IMG/VR virus record: IMGVR_UViG_3300027563_000029
Span: 1 to 30,133 of that record
DNA: 30,133 nucleotides
Reading direction: 5' to 3' (one strand)
Source: a virus
Taxonomy: Duplodnaviria; Caudoviricetes
Made by a program: the position numbers and the translations under genes. Each line of letters begins with the position of its first letter. Position 1 is the stretch's first letter. Positions 1 through 9,660 of the stretch are shown here, in pieces. The notes under the pieces were generated by a model that was not told the DNA's origin, made no database searches, and was given only the letters and a program-made list of their open reading frames with translations.

Positions 1-172
1 TAATAATTCATGGCAACTATCAGAAGATGTAAGAGTTGCTTCAGTAGATTTTAATCATGGGTTATTATCAATTTCATTAGAAAAAATTATTCCTGAGCAT
101 CAAAAGAAAACCACTTACAATATTGGAACACCAATAAAGGCAAGTGGCAAAAAACAATTATTGGTGGGATAA
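1..172 (+). CDS. hsp20: Small heat-shock protein Hsp20, 3' part (5' truncated)
   Basis: Frame 2 reads NNSWQLSEDVRVASVDFNHGLLSISLEKIIPEHQKK...VG*, the alpha-crystallin C-terminal motif. It sits in the usual position upstream of gp43 in cyanomyoviruses. Confidence 0.9.
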   Translation, partial: NNSWQLSEDVRVASVDFNHGLLSISLEKIIPEHQKKTTYNIGTPIKASGKKQLLVG

Positions 173-210
173 TAAATAATAGCGGGTCAACCCCAACTAT
201 CGTTGCCGCT

Positions 211-252
211 GGAGCCTTCCTGTCAACTATCAGGATAGGCTCCCATTTTTTT
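211..252 (+). terminator. Rho-independent terminator
   Basis: Stem GGAGCCT-TCCTG / CAGGA-T-AGGCTCC followed by a T-run. Confidence 0.75.
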
Positions 253-255
253 GGG

Positions 256-284
256 TTGACAAAACAAAAAAAATGTGCTATAGT
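256..284 (+). promoter_or_regulatory. sigma70-type early promoter
   Basis: TTGACA(256)-17 nt-TATAGT(279) with extended TG. Confidence 0.8.
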
Positions 285-307
285 AAATTTACTCTTTATT
301 GAAAATC

Positions 308-688
308 ATGCTTATAAAGATTTTAAAACTACAAGGTGGAGAACAACTGATTTCTGGTATCTCAGAAATTTCTAATGACAAAGGTGAAGGATTAGGGTTT
401 CAAGTAACTCATCCGTTCCTGTTGGATCTTGTTCCAACAGGAGATCTTAATCCCGAGGGGCAACCAGTATCGTTTAATATTAATTTTACTCGTTGGATTT
501 CCTGCTCATCTGATACAACCTTCCGTATTCCATATAGTTCCGTGGTAGCTATTGGAGAACCTGAACCATCAATTATTGAAACATACAAAGGAAAATTTGG
601 AGATTTGTTTAATGACGACGACACCTTACCAACCGTTGATCCAAGTGATATTGCTGAAGGATCAGAAGTACTTGATATCGGAAATTGA
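308..688 (+). CDS. Conserved cyanophage hypothetical protein (possible Sm-like fold)
   Basis: ATG at 308; IKILKLQGGEQLIS...HPF...RWI pattern typical of the genes between hsp20 and gp43. Confidence 0.75.
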   Translation: MLIKILKLQGGEQLISGISEISNDKGEGLGFQVTHPFLLDLVPTGDLNPEGQPVSFNINFTRWISCSSDTTFRIPYSSVVAIGEPEPSIIETYKGKFGDLFNDDDTLPTVDPSDIAEGSEVLDIGN

Positions 689-1001
689 AGAAAGGGATGA
701 AAGTCCTGAATGTCTTCTTACAAATCCTTACCTCATAGATGAGTTAAGTTATTGGGAATACTCTAATGTTGATTACAAAAACATTCACAATCCCGATGCT
801 CTGTTTATTGGAACAAAGCAAGAACAAGAAATGAATAGAGAAGGTGAACTACTAACAGTTACCGAATCAAATTATGTTCTTCTTGAGAAGTTTCCAAAGT
901 ATACAAACCAGACACAGGTTTACCTGAGGGCAGAAGACATTCTAAGCCTTGCGGATCCGACCCATTCTATGGTAGAATACTACAAGAAGATCGTGGGTTG
1001 A
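612..1001 (+). CDS. Conserved cyanophage hypothetical protein, distant paralog of the upstream gene
   Basis: ATG 612 with GGAG RBS at 599; IQVILLKDQKYLISEIEE...LTNPY pattern; overlaps the upstream ORF by 77 nt. Confidence 0.75.
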   Translation: MTTTPYQPLIQVILLKDQKYLISEIEERDESPECLLTNPYLIDELSYWEYSNVDYKNIHNPDALFIGTKQEQEMNREGELLTVTESNYVLLEKFPKYTNQTQVYLRAEDILSLADPTHSMVEYYKKIVG

Positions 1002-1005
1002 CCGA

Positions 1006-3498
1006 ATGAAGTTTTATACCAATATTGAGCAGGCAAGAAATCGTATTCTTGTTCGTGGTTATGAAAATGGTCAGCGAGTTCAATATCAGGTAAATTACAA
1101 TCCCAGTCTATACGTTGTTGCTAACAAGAAGACCGATCATAAAAGTTTGGATGGGCGTTACCTCAAGGAGGTACGCCCTGGTTCTATGAATGATTGTAGG
1201 CAATTTATCAATCAGTATGAGGGCATAGAGGAGTTTGAAATTCATGGTAATACTAGATACTTGTATCAGTATATCAATGAAGCATATCCAACCGATGAGA
1301 TTGATTACGATACATCTCTTATTCGCACCTTCACTCTTGACATTGAAACGGGAGCTGAGAATGGTTTCCCTAACATTGAAACAGCAGATCAAGAGATACT
1401 TCTTATTTCTCTCCGTGATTCTTTTACAAATAGGATTACTGTCTGGGGATCAAAAAGTTTCAAGAATGAAGACCGACAGGTTGATTATCTGCATTGCGAC
1501 AATGAAACGAAACTGCTATCTTGCTTCCTTAAATGGTGGCAGGAAAATACCCCCGATGTCGTAACGGGTTGGAACATTCAACTCTTTGATATTCCATACA
1601 TCTGTAATCGCATGAACCGCATTCTTGGCGAGGAGCATACTAAATTGCTTTCGCCTTGGAAGTTGGTATCATCAAGAGAAATCTATATCAAAGGTCGCAA
1701 ACAGATTGCTTATGATATCACTGGTGTTGCCTGTCTGGATTACCTTGAACTCTATAAGAAGTTCACATATACAAACCAAGAAAGTTATCGCTTAGATCAT
1801 ATCGCATCAGTAGAACTTGATGCTACGAAACTTGATCACTCTGAGTTTGATACCTTCAAGGAATTCTATACTAAAGACTGGGATAAGTTTGTTAAGTATA
1901 ACATCATTGACGTTCGCCTGGTTGACCAACTGGAAGACAAGATGAAGTTGATTGAACTTGCGTTTACTATGGCATACGACGCTAAGGTAAACTATGAAGA
2001 TGTTTACTCTCAGGTTCGTATGTGGGATAACATTATCTACATCTACCTTGATAAGATGAACGTTGTTATTCCTCCTAAGAAAGATAGTGTAAAGAATGAT
2101 AAGTATGCTGGTGCTTATGTAAAAGAACCCAATCCAGGTTTGTATGACTGGGTGGTGAGCTTTGACTTGAACTCCCTGTATCCTCACTTGATCATGCAGT
2201 ACAACCTGTCCCCAGAGACCCTCCTAGACCGCCGTAGCAGCGTCAACGTAGACATGCTGCTGGATAAGGCATTTGATACCTCGGACCTCGTAGACGAGAC
2301 CCTGTGCGCCAATGGCACTCACTACACTACTAAGTTTCAGGGGTTTCTTCCTAAGTTGATGCAGAAGATTTATCAAGACAGAACCATATACAAAAAGAAG
2401 ATGCTTGCTGCTAAACAGCAGTATGAGTTGACACCAACGATTGAGTTGAAGAAAGAAATCTCTCGTTGCAATAACATTCAGATGGCACGTAAAATTCAAC
2501 TCAACTCTGCCTATGGTGCTATTGGTAACGAGCACTTTCGTTATTATAAACTTGAGATTGCTGAAGCAATTACACTATCGGGTCAACTTGCCATTCGTTG
2601 GATTGGTGATCGCATGAATAACTATCTTAATAAGATATTAAAAACTACAAGTTACGATTATGTTATTGCTTCTGACACCGATTCTATGTATCTTAACCTT
2701 GGTCCTCTTGTGGAGAAGGTATACGCGGGAAGAGAGAAAACTCCTCAAAGCATTGTCACGTTCCTTGATAAGGTGTGTGCGATGGAACTTGAGAAGTATA
2801 TTGAGAGTTCTTATAAGGAGCTCGCCAGTTATCTGAATGCCTACGCACAGATGATGACAATGAAGCGGGAGAACATCGCTGAACGTGGTTTCTGGACCGC
2901 CAAGAAACGCTATGTTCTCAACGTATGGGACAGTGAAGGTGTGCGTTACAACAAAGCGAAGATGAAAGTATGTGGTATGGAGACAGCACGTTCTTCTACT
3001 CCGTCTTACTTCAGAAACAAATTGCTTGAAGCGTATACTATTATCATCACCCGAAACAACGAAGAGTTGATTAACTATATCAACACCATTAAAGAAGATA
3101 CCAAAGACCAGCATTATCTTAATATTGCTTTCCCTCGTGGATGTAATGGTCTGAAGAAGTATCGTAGCAGTGCTGACATCTACGGCAAGGGAACACCTAT
3201 TGCTGTTCGTGGTGCGTTACTATATAATTTTCACGTTAAAAAGAATAACCTAGAACATAAGTATCCTTTAATTCAGGAGGGCGAGAAGATTAAATTCATG
3301 TATCTCAAAACTCCTAATCCAATCGGTGAAAATATTATCTCTTTCTTTCAACAACTTCCCAAAGAACTTAACCTTGAGAAGTATGTTGACTACACCACAC
3401 AGTTTGAGAAGTCATTTCTTGAACCACTAAAAACTGTGTTAGAATGTATTGACTGGCAGTATGAACGCCGTGGTTCACTTACAAGTTTCTTTAGCTGA
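1006..3498 (+). CDS. gp43: Family B DNA polymerase (T4 gp43-like)
   Basis: Exo I DIET; FDLNSLYP; KIQLNSAYG; ASDTDS; KKRY; no intein visible. Confidence 0.98.
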   Translation: MKFYTNIEQARNRILVRGYENGQRVQYQVNYNPSLYVVANKKTDHKSLDGRYLKEVRPGSMNDCRQFINQYEGIEEFEIHGNTRYLYQYINEAYPTDEIDYDTSLIRTFTLDIETGAENGFPNIETADQEILLISLRDSFTNRITVWGSKSFKNEDRQVDYLHCDNETKLLSCFLKWWQENTPDVVTGWNIQLFDIPYICNRMNRILGEEHTKLLSPWKLVSSREIYIKGRKQIAYDITGVACLDYLELYKKFTYTNQESYRLDHIASVELDATKLDHSEFDTFKEFYTKDWDKFVKYNIIDVRLVDQLEDKMKLIELAFTMAYDAKVNYEDVYSQVRMWDNIIYIYLDKMNVVIPPKKDSVKNDKYAGAYVKEPNPGLYDWVVSFDLNSLYPHLIMQYNLSPETLLDRRSSVNVDMLLDKAFDTSDLVDETLCANGTHYTTKFQGFLPKLMQKIYQDRTIYKKKMLAAKQQYELTPTIELKKEISRCNNIQMARKIQLNSAYGAIGNEHFRYYKLEIAEAITLSGQLAIRWIGDRMNNYLNKILKTTSYDYVIASDTDSMYLNLGPLVEKVYAGREKTPQSIVTFLDKVCAMELEKYIESSYKELASYLNAYAQMMTMKRENIAERGFWTAKKRYVLNVWDSEGVRYNKAKMKVCGMETARSSTPSYFRNKLLEAYTIIITRNNEELINYINTIKEDTKDQHYLNIAFPRGCNGLKKYRSSADIYGKGTPIAVRGALLYNFHVKKNNLEHKYPLIQEGEKIKFMYLKTPNPIGENIISFFQQLPKELNLEKYVDYTTQFEKSFLEPLKTVLECIDWQYERRGSLTSFFS

Positions 3499-3504
3499 GG
3501 CATT

Positions 3505-4512
3505 ATGAGTTTTTTACAATCTGTTATTAAAGAGTTAGATAATGAGTACGCAAACGTAGTTGATGATTCCATCGTATGTAAAACGTTTGTGGATACTGGT
3601 TCTTATATTCTGAATGCTCTTATCAGTGGGAGCATATTTGGTGGTCTCCCATCAAATAAAATTACTGCGCTCGCTGGCGAAAGCAGCACTGGTAAAACAT
3701 TCTTTGCCATCTCAATCGTCAAAAACTTCCTTGACAACAACCCAGATGCCCAAGTAATATATTTTGAATCTGAATCAGCTATTGAAAAAGATATGCTTGC
3801 TGAGCGTGGTATTGATATTAAACGTGTTGGTCTTGTACCTGTGACTACAGTTCAAGAGTTTCGCACACAAAGTATCAAAGTAATTGATGAGTATATGAAA
3901 CTTAAGAAGGGGGCTAGACCTCCGCTCCTTTTTGTGCTAGACTCTTTGGGGATGCTCTCTACCACCAAAGAGGTTCAGGATGCTACCGATGGTAAGGAGA
4001 CCAGAGACATGACCCGTGCTCAGGTTATCAAATCCATCTTTCGTATTCTTTCACTCAAGCTGGGTCAAGCAGAAATTCCTATGATTGTTACAAATCATAC
4101 TTATGATGTTGTTGGTGCTTATGTTCCAACTAAAGAAATGGGTGGTGGTAGTGGTCTAAAGTATTCAGCATCGTCTATTCTTTTCCTCTCTAAGAAGAAG
4201 GAGAAAGACGGCACTGAAGTTATTGGTAACATCATTAAAGTGAAGGCACATAAGTCACGCTTTACAAAAGAAAATTCTATGGTTGAAACAAGGTTGTATT
4301 ATGACGCAAGGGGACTTGACAAATATTATGGATTATTGGAGTTGGGTGAGAAGCACGGAGTATTTGAACGTGTGGGTAATCGTATTAAACTTGATGGGGG
4401 TACTGTTTATCCTTCGGTTATTTACAAAGAACCAGACAAGTATTTCACCCCAGAAATCCTCCAAGCTTTAGATGAATGTGCTAAGAAAGAATTTCTGTAT
4501 GGTAGTGAGTAA
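3505..4512 (+). CDS. uvsX: RecA-like recombinase UvsX
   Basis: Walker [26 protein letters not shown]. Confidence 0.96.
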   Translation: MSFLQSVIKELDNEYANVVDDSIVCKTFVDTGSYILNALISGSIFGGLPSNKITALAGESSTGKTFFAISIVKNFLDNNPDAQVIYFESESAIEKDMLAERGIDIKRVGLVPVTTVQEFRTQSIKVIDEYMKLKKGARPPLLFVLDSLGMLSTTKEVQDATDGKETRDMTRAQVIKSIFRILSLKLGQAEIPMIVTNHTYDVVGAYVPTKEMGGGSGLKYSASSILFLSKKKEKDGTEVIGNIIKVKAHKSRFTKENSMVETRLYYDARGLDKYYGLLELGEKHGVFERVGNRIKLDGGTVYPSVIYKEPDKYFTPEILQALDECAKKEFLYGSE

Positions 4513-5897
4513 TGAATGAAAGAATAGAAACCACAATTTTACGCAATCTTCTATGTAACGAACCGTTCTATAGAAAGGTTGTGCCTTTTGTGAAACCAGA
4601 TTACTTCAATGAAATCCACGAGAAGGTTATCTATGAAGAGGTCTGGAACTTTGCTAGCAACTATGAGATGCTGCCAACAGCAGAAGTGCTTATTATTAAC
4701 TTAGAAAGTAGGAAAGATTTAAATGAGGAAGTATATCAAAACGCAGTTAAAACGATTGCTGCTCTTACTAATGCCCCAGTTGAACACAAGTGGTTGCTTG
4801 ACACCACAGAAAAATGGTGTAAAGATAGAGCCATCTATCTTGCCCTCTTGGAGTCTATCAAAGTCGCAGATGGCGGCAATCCAAAAGTATCAACAGATGC
4901 GATCCCCTCCATACTCCAAGAGGCCCTGGCAGTATCTTTCGACGAACATGTAGGTCACGATTATCTAGAGAATAGTGGAGAGCGTTATGCTTTCTATCAC
5001 CTGACAGAAGAAAAAATTCCATTCCACTTGGAATACTTTAATAAGATTACTAAAGGTGGTCTACCTAACAAGACATTGAATGTTGCTCTTGCTGGCACAG
5101 GTGTGGGTAAGTCACTCTTTATGTGTGACTATGCTGCCAATTGTCTATCGCTTGGTCGCAATGTTCTCTACATAACTATGGAGATGGCAGAAGAAAAGAT
5201 TGCTGAGCGTATTGATGCTAACTTATTTAATGTTAATATCAAAGACCTTGTTGATTTATCTGAATCTGTTTTCAATAGTCGCATCACTGAGTTAAAAAGA
5301 AAAACACAGGGTCGTCTTATTATCAAAGAATACCCAACAGCAGCAGCACACGTAGGTCATTTTAAAGGTCTTCTAAATGAGTTGTCACTGAAGAAGGTAT
5401 TCAAACCAGATATTATCTTTATTGATTATCTGAATATCTGTGCCTCGTCTCGTTACAAAGGCGCTATTGTAAATTCTTATACTTATGTCAAGGCGATTGC
5501 TGAGGAACTCAGAGGATTGGCGGTTGAACACAACCTGCCAATTGTCACTGCAACACAAACTACTCGGTCTGGGTTTGGTAATAGCGATGTCGATATCACT
5601 GATACCAGTGAGTCTTTTGGCTTGCCAGCTACTGCTGACTTTATGTTTGCTCTCATCGCTACAGAGGATTTGGAAAAAGATGGCAGGATAATGGTGAAGC
5701 AGTTGAAGAACAGATATAATGATCCAACCATGTATAAGCGTTTCTTGGTGGGGGTTGACAGAGCACGAATGAAGCTCTATAATGTGGATAACGCTGTTGA
5801 TCTATCTTCTGATAAAGAAGAGGAGTATGACTTTGAAGAGATGGCAGCGAAACAAAGCAAAGATACTAAAAGCAAATTTACCAGTTTTATTTTATGA
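4512..5897 (+). CDS. gp41: Replicative DnaB-like helicase (T4 gp41)
   Basis: LAGTGVGKS, YITMEMAEE, IFIDYLNI, ATQTTR, QLKNRY. Confidence 0.97.
   Translation: MNERIETTILRNLLCNEPFYRKVVPFVKPDYFNEIHEKVIYEEVWNFASNYEMLPTAEVLIINLESRKDLNEEVYQNAVKTIAALTNAPVEHKWLLDTTEKWCKDRAIYLALLESIKVADGGNPKVSTDAIPSILQEALAVSFDEHVGHDYLENSGERYAFYHLTEEKIPFHLEYFNKITKGGLPNKTLNVALAGTGVGKSLFMCDYAANCLSLGRNVLYITMEMAEEKIAERIDANLFNVNIKDLVDLSESVFNSRITELKRKTQGRLIIKEYPTAAAHVGHFKGLLNELSLKKVFKPDIIFIDYLNICASSRYKGAIVNSYTYVKAIAEELRGLAVEHNLPIVTATQTTRSGFGNSDVDITDTSESFGLPATADFMFALIATEDLEKDGRIMVKQLKNRYNDPTMYKRFLVGVDRARMKLYNVDNAVDLSSDKEEEYDFEEMAAKQSKDTKSKFTSFIL
5755..5783 (+). promoter_or_regulatory. Perfect sigma70 promoter inside gp41, likely driving mazG
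   Basis: TTGACA(5755)-17 nt-TATAAT(5778). Confidence 0.8.
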
Positions 5898-6304
5898 CGA
5901 AACAAGTTGACCTAGTTAAGTATACTGAATTTGTGGATAGCACCACTAGCTATCCATCAAAATCAAATGAAGAGTTTATTGCTCGTATTCGTCAATTGAC
6001 TGAGCGTGATGTTCCTATTGCTCGTTTGATGACTGCTGCTGTAGGAATGTCTGCTGAAGCAGGAGAGTTCACTGAGATTGTAAAGAAGATCGTCTTTCAA
6101 GGTAAAGAAATGACTGAAGACAATCGCACTCATCTTATTAAAGAACTTGGAGATGTGTATTGGTATTTCACTCAAGCATTGCTTGGATTGGATGTTGACC
6201 TGAATGAAGTGGTTCTCACTAATGTGATGAAACTCACTGCCCGATATCCAGAAGGTTCTTTTGAGGTCTTGCGATCCGAGAACCGAGTAGAAGGAGATAT
6301 CTAA
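5894..6304 (+). CDS. mazG: MazG-like nucleotide pyrophosphohydrolase
   Basis: GMSAEAGEFTEIVKK...KELGDVYWY; canonical position after gp41. Confidence 0.93.
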   Translation: MTKQVDLVKYTEFVDSTTSYPSKSNEEFIARIRQLTERDVPIARLMTAAVGMSAEAGEFTEIVKKIVFQGKEMTEDNRTHLIKELGDVYWYFTQALLGLDVDLNEVVLTNVMKLTARYPEGSFEVLRSENRVEGDI

Positions 6305-6311
6305 TAAACTG

Positions 6312-6343
6312 CCTCCCCACTAAATAGTTGGGGAGGTTTTTTT
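6312..6343 (+). terminator. Terminator hairpin with a late promoter (TAAATA) in its loop
   Basis: CCTCCCCA-CTAAATAGT-TGGGGAGG-TTTTTTT. Confidence 0.8.
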
Positions 6344-6345
6344 AT

Positions 6346-7593
6346 ATGAAAATAAATGACTTAGTAAGAAATGGTGGCGATTACATGAAACGCCTTACCA
6401 CTTTCTTCGATAAAGGTCTTAACAGAAATGGAAGAGTAAATCAATTTATCACTGACATTGGAGTTGTCAGTATAGATGGATTTGAAGTAACTATAGTTCA
6501 AAACAAAAAAGCAAAATCAAAAGAATTTTTCTTTGTTGACATGAAAAGAAATAAGACTTTGGAAGATGAAGCAAAAAATTTGTTTATTACTTTAGCTAAT
6601 GTTGGATTACGTGGCAAAAATAATATTGAATTTACCTGTAACATATACGATCCAGAAAATAAATCTACTGGAATAATGAATAGAGATATATGTTTAGAAA
6701 TAGATGATCTAGTAAAAACAGATGAATTTGGTGGGCAACAGAGGGGTGGTAAGAAAGTTAATATGGGTAATAAGTATGAAGGTGATTTGGCAGAAGATCT
6801 AGTTCTTTATGCTAATGGGCACACACCAAAAAATTATCCAGAACATGTTAATACAATCATATCTACATTACAAAATAAATTAAAATTATCTTTAACTGGC
6901 GCACAACATGTGGGTGGGAAAAATAGTCCCAGACCATTAGTAATTAATAATGGAAGTATTCAAATTTCTGCGGGGGGAGTTAGCACTTTAGATATTGGTG
7001 CCACCCTCACAGATATTACTTTGTATTTTGGAAAACAAAAAACTCCCGTATATCTTTCTGTTAAATTTGGAAGCACTCTATCATTTTTTAATTGTGGTAT
7101 TTCTGGTGGTGGAAAAAATCTTTCATTATTTCCACAAAATGAATTGAAACAAATGAACATACCAGATGATGGTAAAAAATATTTGGATATGTTTGGTATT
7201 GATTATTTGGATTTTCTAGATGTATTTCACAAGTATACTGGTGATAAAGCTTCTTCCACAACAGTCAGTAATCATTCAAGAAATACTACTCTTGATGCTA
7301 ATGGTAAAGCAGCATTAGAAAAACTTTGTGCTTCTGGTATTGGGTATGGATATTGGATGGTTCATTATGATGGAACCCATATGGAATTTTATGAAATTGA
7401 TAGAGAATATATGAATAAAGCTTCTACACTTGTGGGCAACAATGTAGAAATTAATTATGGTGGAAGTTCTGGAAGGGGAAAAAGAATTGACATGTCTTTT
7501 GAAACACAGAAGTATGAGTTTAAATTTAACATCAGAAGTAAATCTGGTGGAGTATTTCCTACACACACTAATGGGGATTATTATAAAAAATGA
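6346..7593 (+). CDS. Hypothetical protein, probable PD-(D/E)xK-like endonuclease
   Basis: ATG 6346; GNKYE helix followed by TLTDITL...VYLSVK resembles the restriction-endonuclease catalytic pattern; AT-rich. Confidence 0.6.
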   Translation: MKINDLVRNGGDYMKRLTTFFDKGLNRNGRVNQFITDIGVVSIDGFEVTIVQNKKAKSKEFFFVDMKRNKTLEDEAKNLFITLANVGLRGKNNIEFTCNIYDPENKSTGIMNRDICLEIDDLVKTDEFGGQQRGGKKVNMGNKYEGDLAEDLVLYANGHTPKNYPEHVNTIISTLQNKLKLSLTGAQHVGGKNSPRPLVINNGSIQISAGGVSTLDIGATLTDITLYFGKQKTPVYLSVKFGSTLSFFNCGISGGGKNLSLFPQNELKQMNIPDDGKKYLDMFGIDYLDFLDVFHKYTGDKASSTTVSNHSRNTTLDANGKAALEKLCASGIGYGYWMVHYDGTHMEFYEIDREYMNKASTLVGNNVEINYGGSSGRGKRIDMSFETQKYEFKFNIRSKSGGVFPTHTNGDYYKK

Positions 7594-8795
7594 GTAAGAA
7601 CACCCACCTAGAACACTTAGAAGATAGTATATTATTTGATGGAGAGCAAGGCGCAAAAGATGCGTTTGCTTTTTTGGATGCTCTTACAAACACATTTAGT
7701 GGAACTCAAACAAGAAATTTTAAAATTACTACTAAGTGGGATGGTGCGCCTGCTATAATATGTGGTATCAATCCTGTAACTAATTTCTTTTTTGTTGGCA
7801 CAAAATCAGTATTTAATAAAGATGGAAAAATTAATTACACTGAAGAAGATATAAAAGTTAATCATGGTCATGCTCCAGGATTGGTTGAGAAATTAAAAGT
7901 AGCATTAAAATATTTTCCTCAACTTGATATTGATGGAATAATCCAGGGCGATTTACTTTTTACTGATGACGCAGTTGAAAAGAAAATTGATGGCGAAGAT
8001 TATTTAACTTTTACTCCAAATACAATTACTTACGCAATTCCAAAAAATTCGGATATGTATGCCAAAGCTAAAAAAGCAAAGATAGGTGTAGTGTTTCACA
8101 CTCGCTATGTTGGAAAAAGTATTGCCGAATCTCACGCAACGTTTGGAGTAGACATAAGTAAATTTAATAAAACTAATGATGTATTTGTTATCAGTGCTGA
8201 AGTTGATACGTTAGGAACAAATTTAATTTTAAATCAAAGAGAAAAACAATCTTTGAATAGAATGAAAACTACTGCGTCTCGTTTGATACCAGGATGTAAA
8301 AAATTTTTAAATGAAATTGCGGTTCTTATTGAAGGTAATGATCAACTAACTGTAGGACCAAGATTAAAAACATACTTTAATTCTTATGTGAGAGAAGGTA
8401 AGAAAATAAATAATGTTCCTCAATTTATTCAAAATTTTAAAAAATATTTTGAAGGGGTGGTAACAAAAGAAGTTGACAAAGCAAAGATGCCTAAAACTAA
8501 AGCAGCTAAACTTAAGAAACTTTATGATGGCATTGAAATAATAGATAATAATATAGACGCATTTAAAAAATTGGTTACGCTATATACAACAATATCAAAC
8601 GCTAAACTTTTCTTTGTTAAAAAATTAGAATCTGCTGATGCTGTGCGAACATTTTTAAAAACAGAACATGGATTTAAAATTACTGCTCCTGAAGGTTTTG
8701 TCGCAATTAAAGATGGTAATGCCACTAAGTTAGTTGACCGTTTGGAATTTAGTGTAGCCAATTTTACAATAGATAAAAACTGGGTTGGTAAATAA
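7590..8795 (+). CDS. Conserved T4-like phage protein (probably DUF6267) with ligase/nucleotidyltransferase motifs
   Basis: N-terminal KNTHLEHLED; TTKWDGAP (KxDG), IQGDLLF, PEGFV, KLVDR. Confidence 0.75.
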   Translation: MSKNTHLEHLEDSILFDGEQGAKDAFAFLDALTNTFSGTQTRNFKITTKWDGAPAIICGINPVTNFFFVGTKSVFNKDGKINYTEEDIKVNHGHAPGLVEKLKVALKYFPQLDIDGIIQGDLLFTDDAVEKKIDGEDYLTFTPNTITYAIPKNSDMYAKAKKAKIGVVFHTRYVGKSIAESHATFGVDISKFNKTNDVFVISAEVDTLGTNLILNQREKQSLNRMKTTASRLIPGCKKFLNEIAVLIEGNDQLTVGPRLKTYFNSYVREGKKINNVPQFIQNFKKYFEGVVTKEVDKAKMPKTKAAKLKKLYDGIEIIDNNIDAFKKLVTLYTTISNAKLFFVKKLESADAVRTFLKTEHGFKITAPEGFVAIKDGNATKLVDRLEFSVANFTIDKNWVGK

Positions 8796-8797
8796 AT

Positions 8798-9349
8798 ATG
8801 AGTAGGATAGTCGTAACATTTGGCAGATTTAATCCTCCTACTATAGGTCATGAAAAATTAATTAATGCTGTCAAGCGTATAGCGAGTGGTGACGACTACC
8901 ATATATACACCAGTCATTCGCAAGATAAAAAGAAAAATCCATTGTCATCTGAGGCAAAGGTTGAATACATGAAAAAAATGTTTCCTTCTCATAAGGATCA
9001 CATCATGTATGATACTTCATTAAAAACAATAATAAATGTTCTTCAAAAATTACAAGGAACGTATACTGATGTTACCTTAGTTGTTGGTAGTGATAGAGTG
9101 CCAGAAATGGAAAAACTCATATTAAAATACAATGGAATTGAATATACATTTAAAAATATAGATGTTAAATCTGCTGGAGAAAGAGACCCAGATGCTGATG
9201 GAGCAGCTGGTATGTCAGCAAGTAAAATGAGAGCAGCTGCCGTGGAAGGAGATACTGCTTCTTTTAGAAAGGGCATACCTACCACATTAGATAATTCACA
9301 TGTTATACAATTAATGAAAGAAGTAAGAGAGGGGTTAGGTATTAAATGA
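8798..9349 (+). CDS. Cytidylyltransferase-like / NMNAT-like HIGH-family nucleotidyltransferase
   Basis: TFGRFNPPTIGH, VVGSDR, MSASKMR. Confidence 0.9.
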   Translation: MSRIVVTFGRFNPPTIGHEKLINAVKRIASGDDYHIYTSHSQDKKKNPLSSEAKVEYMKKMFPSHKDHIMYDTSLKTIINVLQKLQGTYTDVTLVVGSDRVPEMEKLILKYNGIEYTFKNIDVKSAGERDPDADGAAGMSASKMRAAAVEGDTASFRKGIPTTLDNSHVIQLMKEVREGLGIK

Positions 9350-9660
9350 AATCACTTAAAGAACTACTAGTACAATCAAAGCAAAAATCATACATGCTTG
9401 GCATGGCATTTGCTGAGGGCACTTGGGTAGAAAACAACTTAGGTGAAGTTGGAAAAATTCATAGGCGTGGAGTTAACTATGTTATTGCTGTTACTGAAGA
9501 AGGTGAGATGTTTAGAGCTTGGGTGAAAGACATCAAAGAACATTGTGGATGCTTTCTTACTGACCCAGAACCAATGAAGGAGCGTGATGGTTCTGATAAT
9601 GTCAAGAAGACCAAGGAGTTTATAAATAAGTATAAGAAGAAACCCGCTGAACAAAAATGA
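9346..9660 (+). CDS. Conserved hypothetical protein (small beta domain)
   Basis: GKIHRRGVNYVI...FRAWVKD; ATGA overlap with the upstream gene. Confidence 0.75.
   Translation: MKSLKELLVQSKQKSYMLGMAFAEGTWVENNLGEVGKIHRRGVNYVIAVTEEGEMFRAWVKDIKEHCGCFLTDPEPMKERDGSDNVKKTKEFINKYKKKPAEQK
9621..9628 (+). promoter_or_regulatory. T4-type late promoter
   Basis: TATAAATA about 30 nt upstream of the ATG at 9657. Confidence 0.7.

Noticed and set aside
2668-2685. ASDTDS instead of YGDTDS in the polymerase
   Set aside because: Known normal variant in cyanomyovirus gp43; catalytic Asp residues intact
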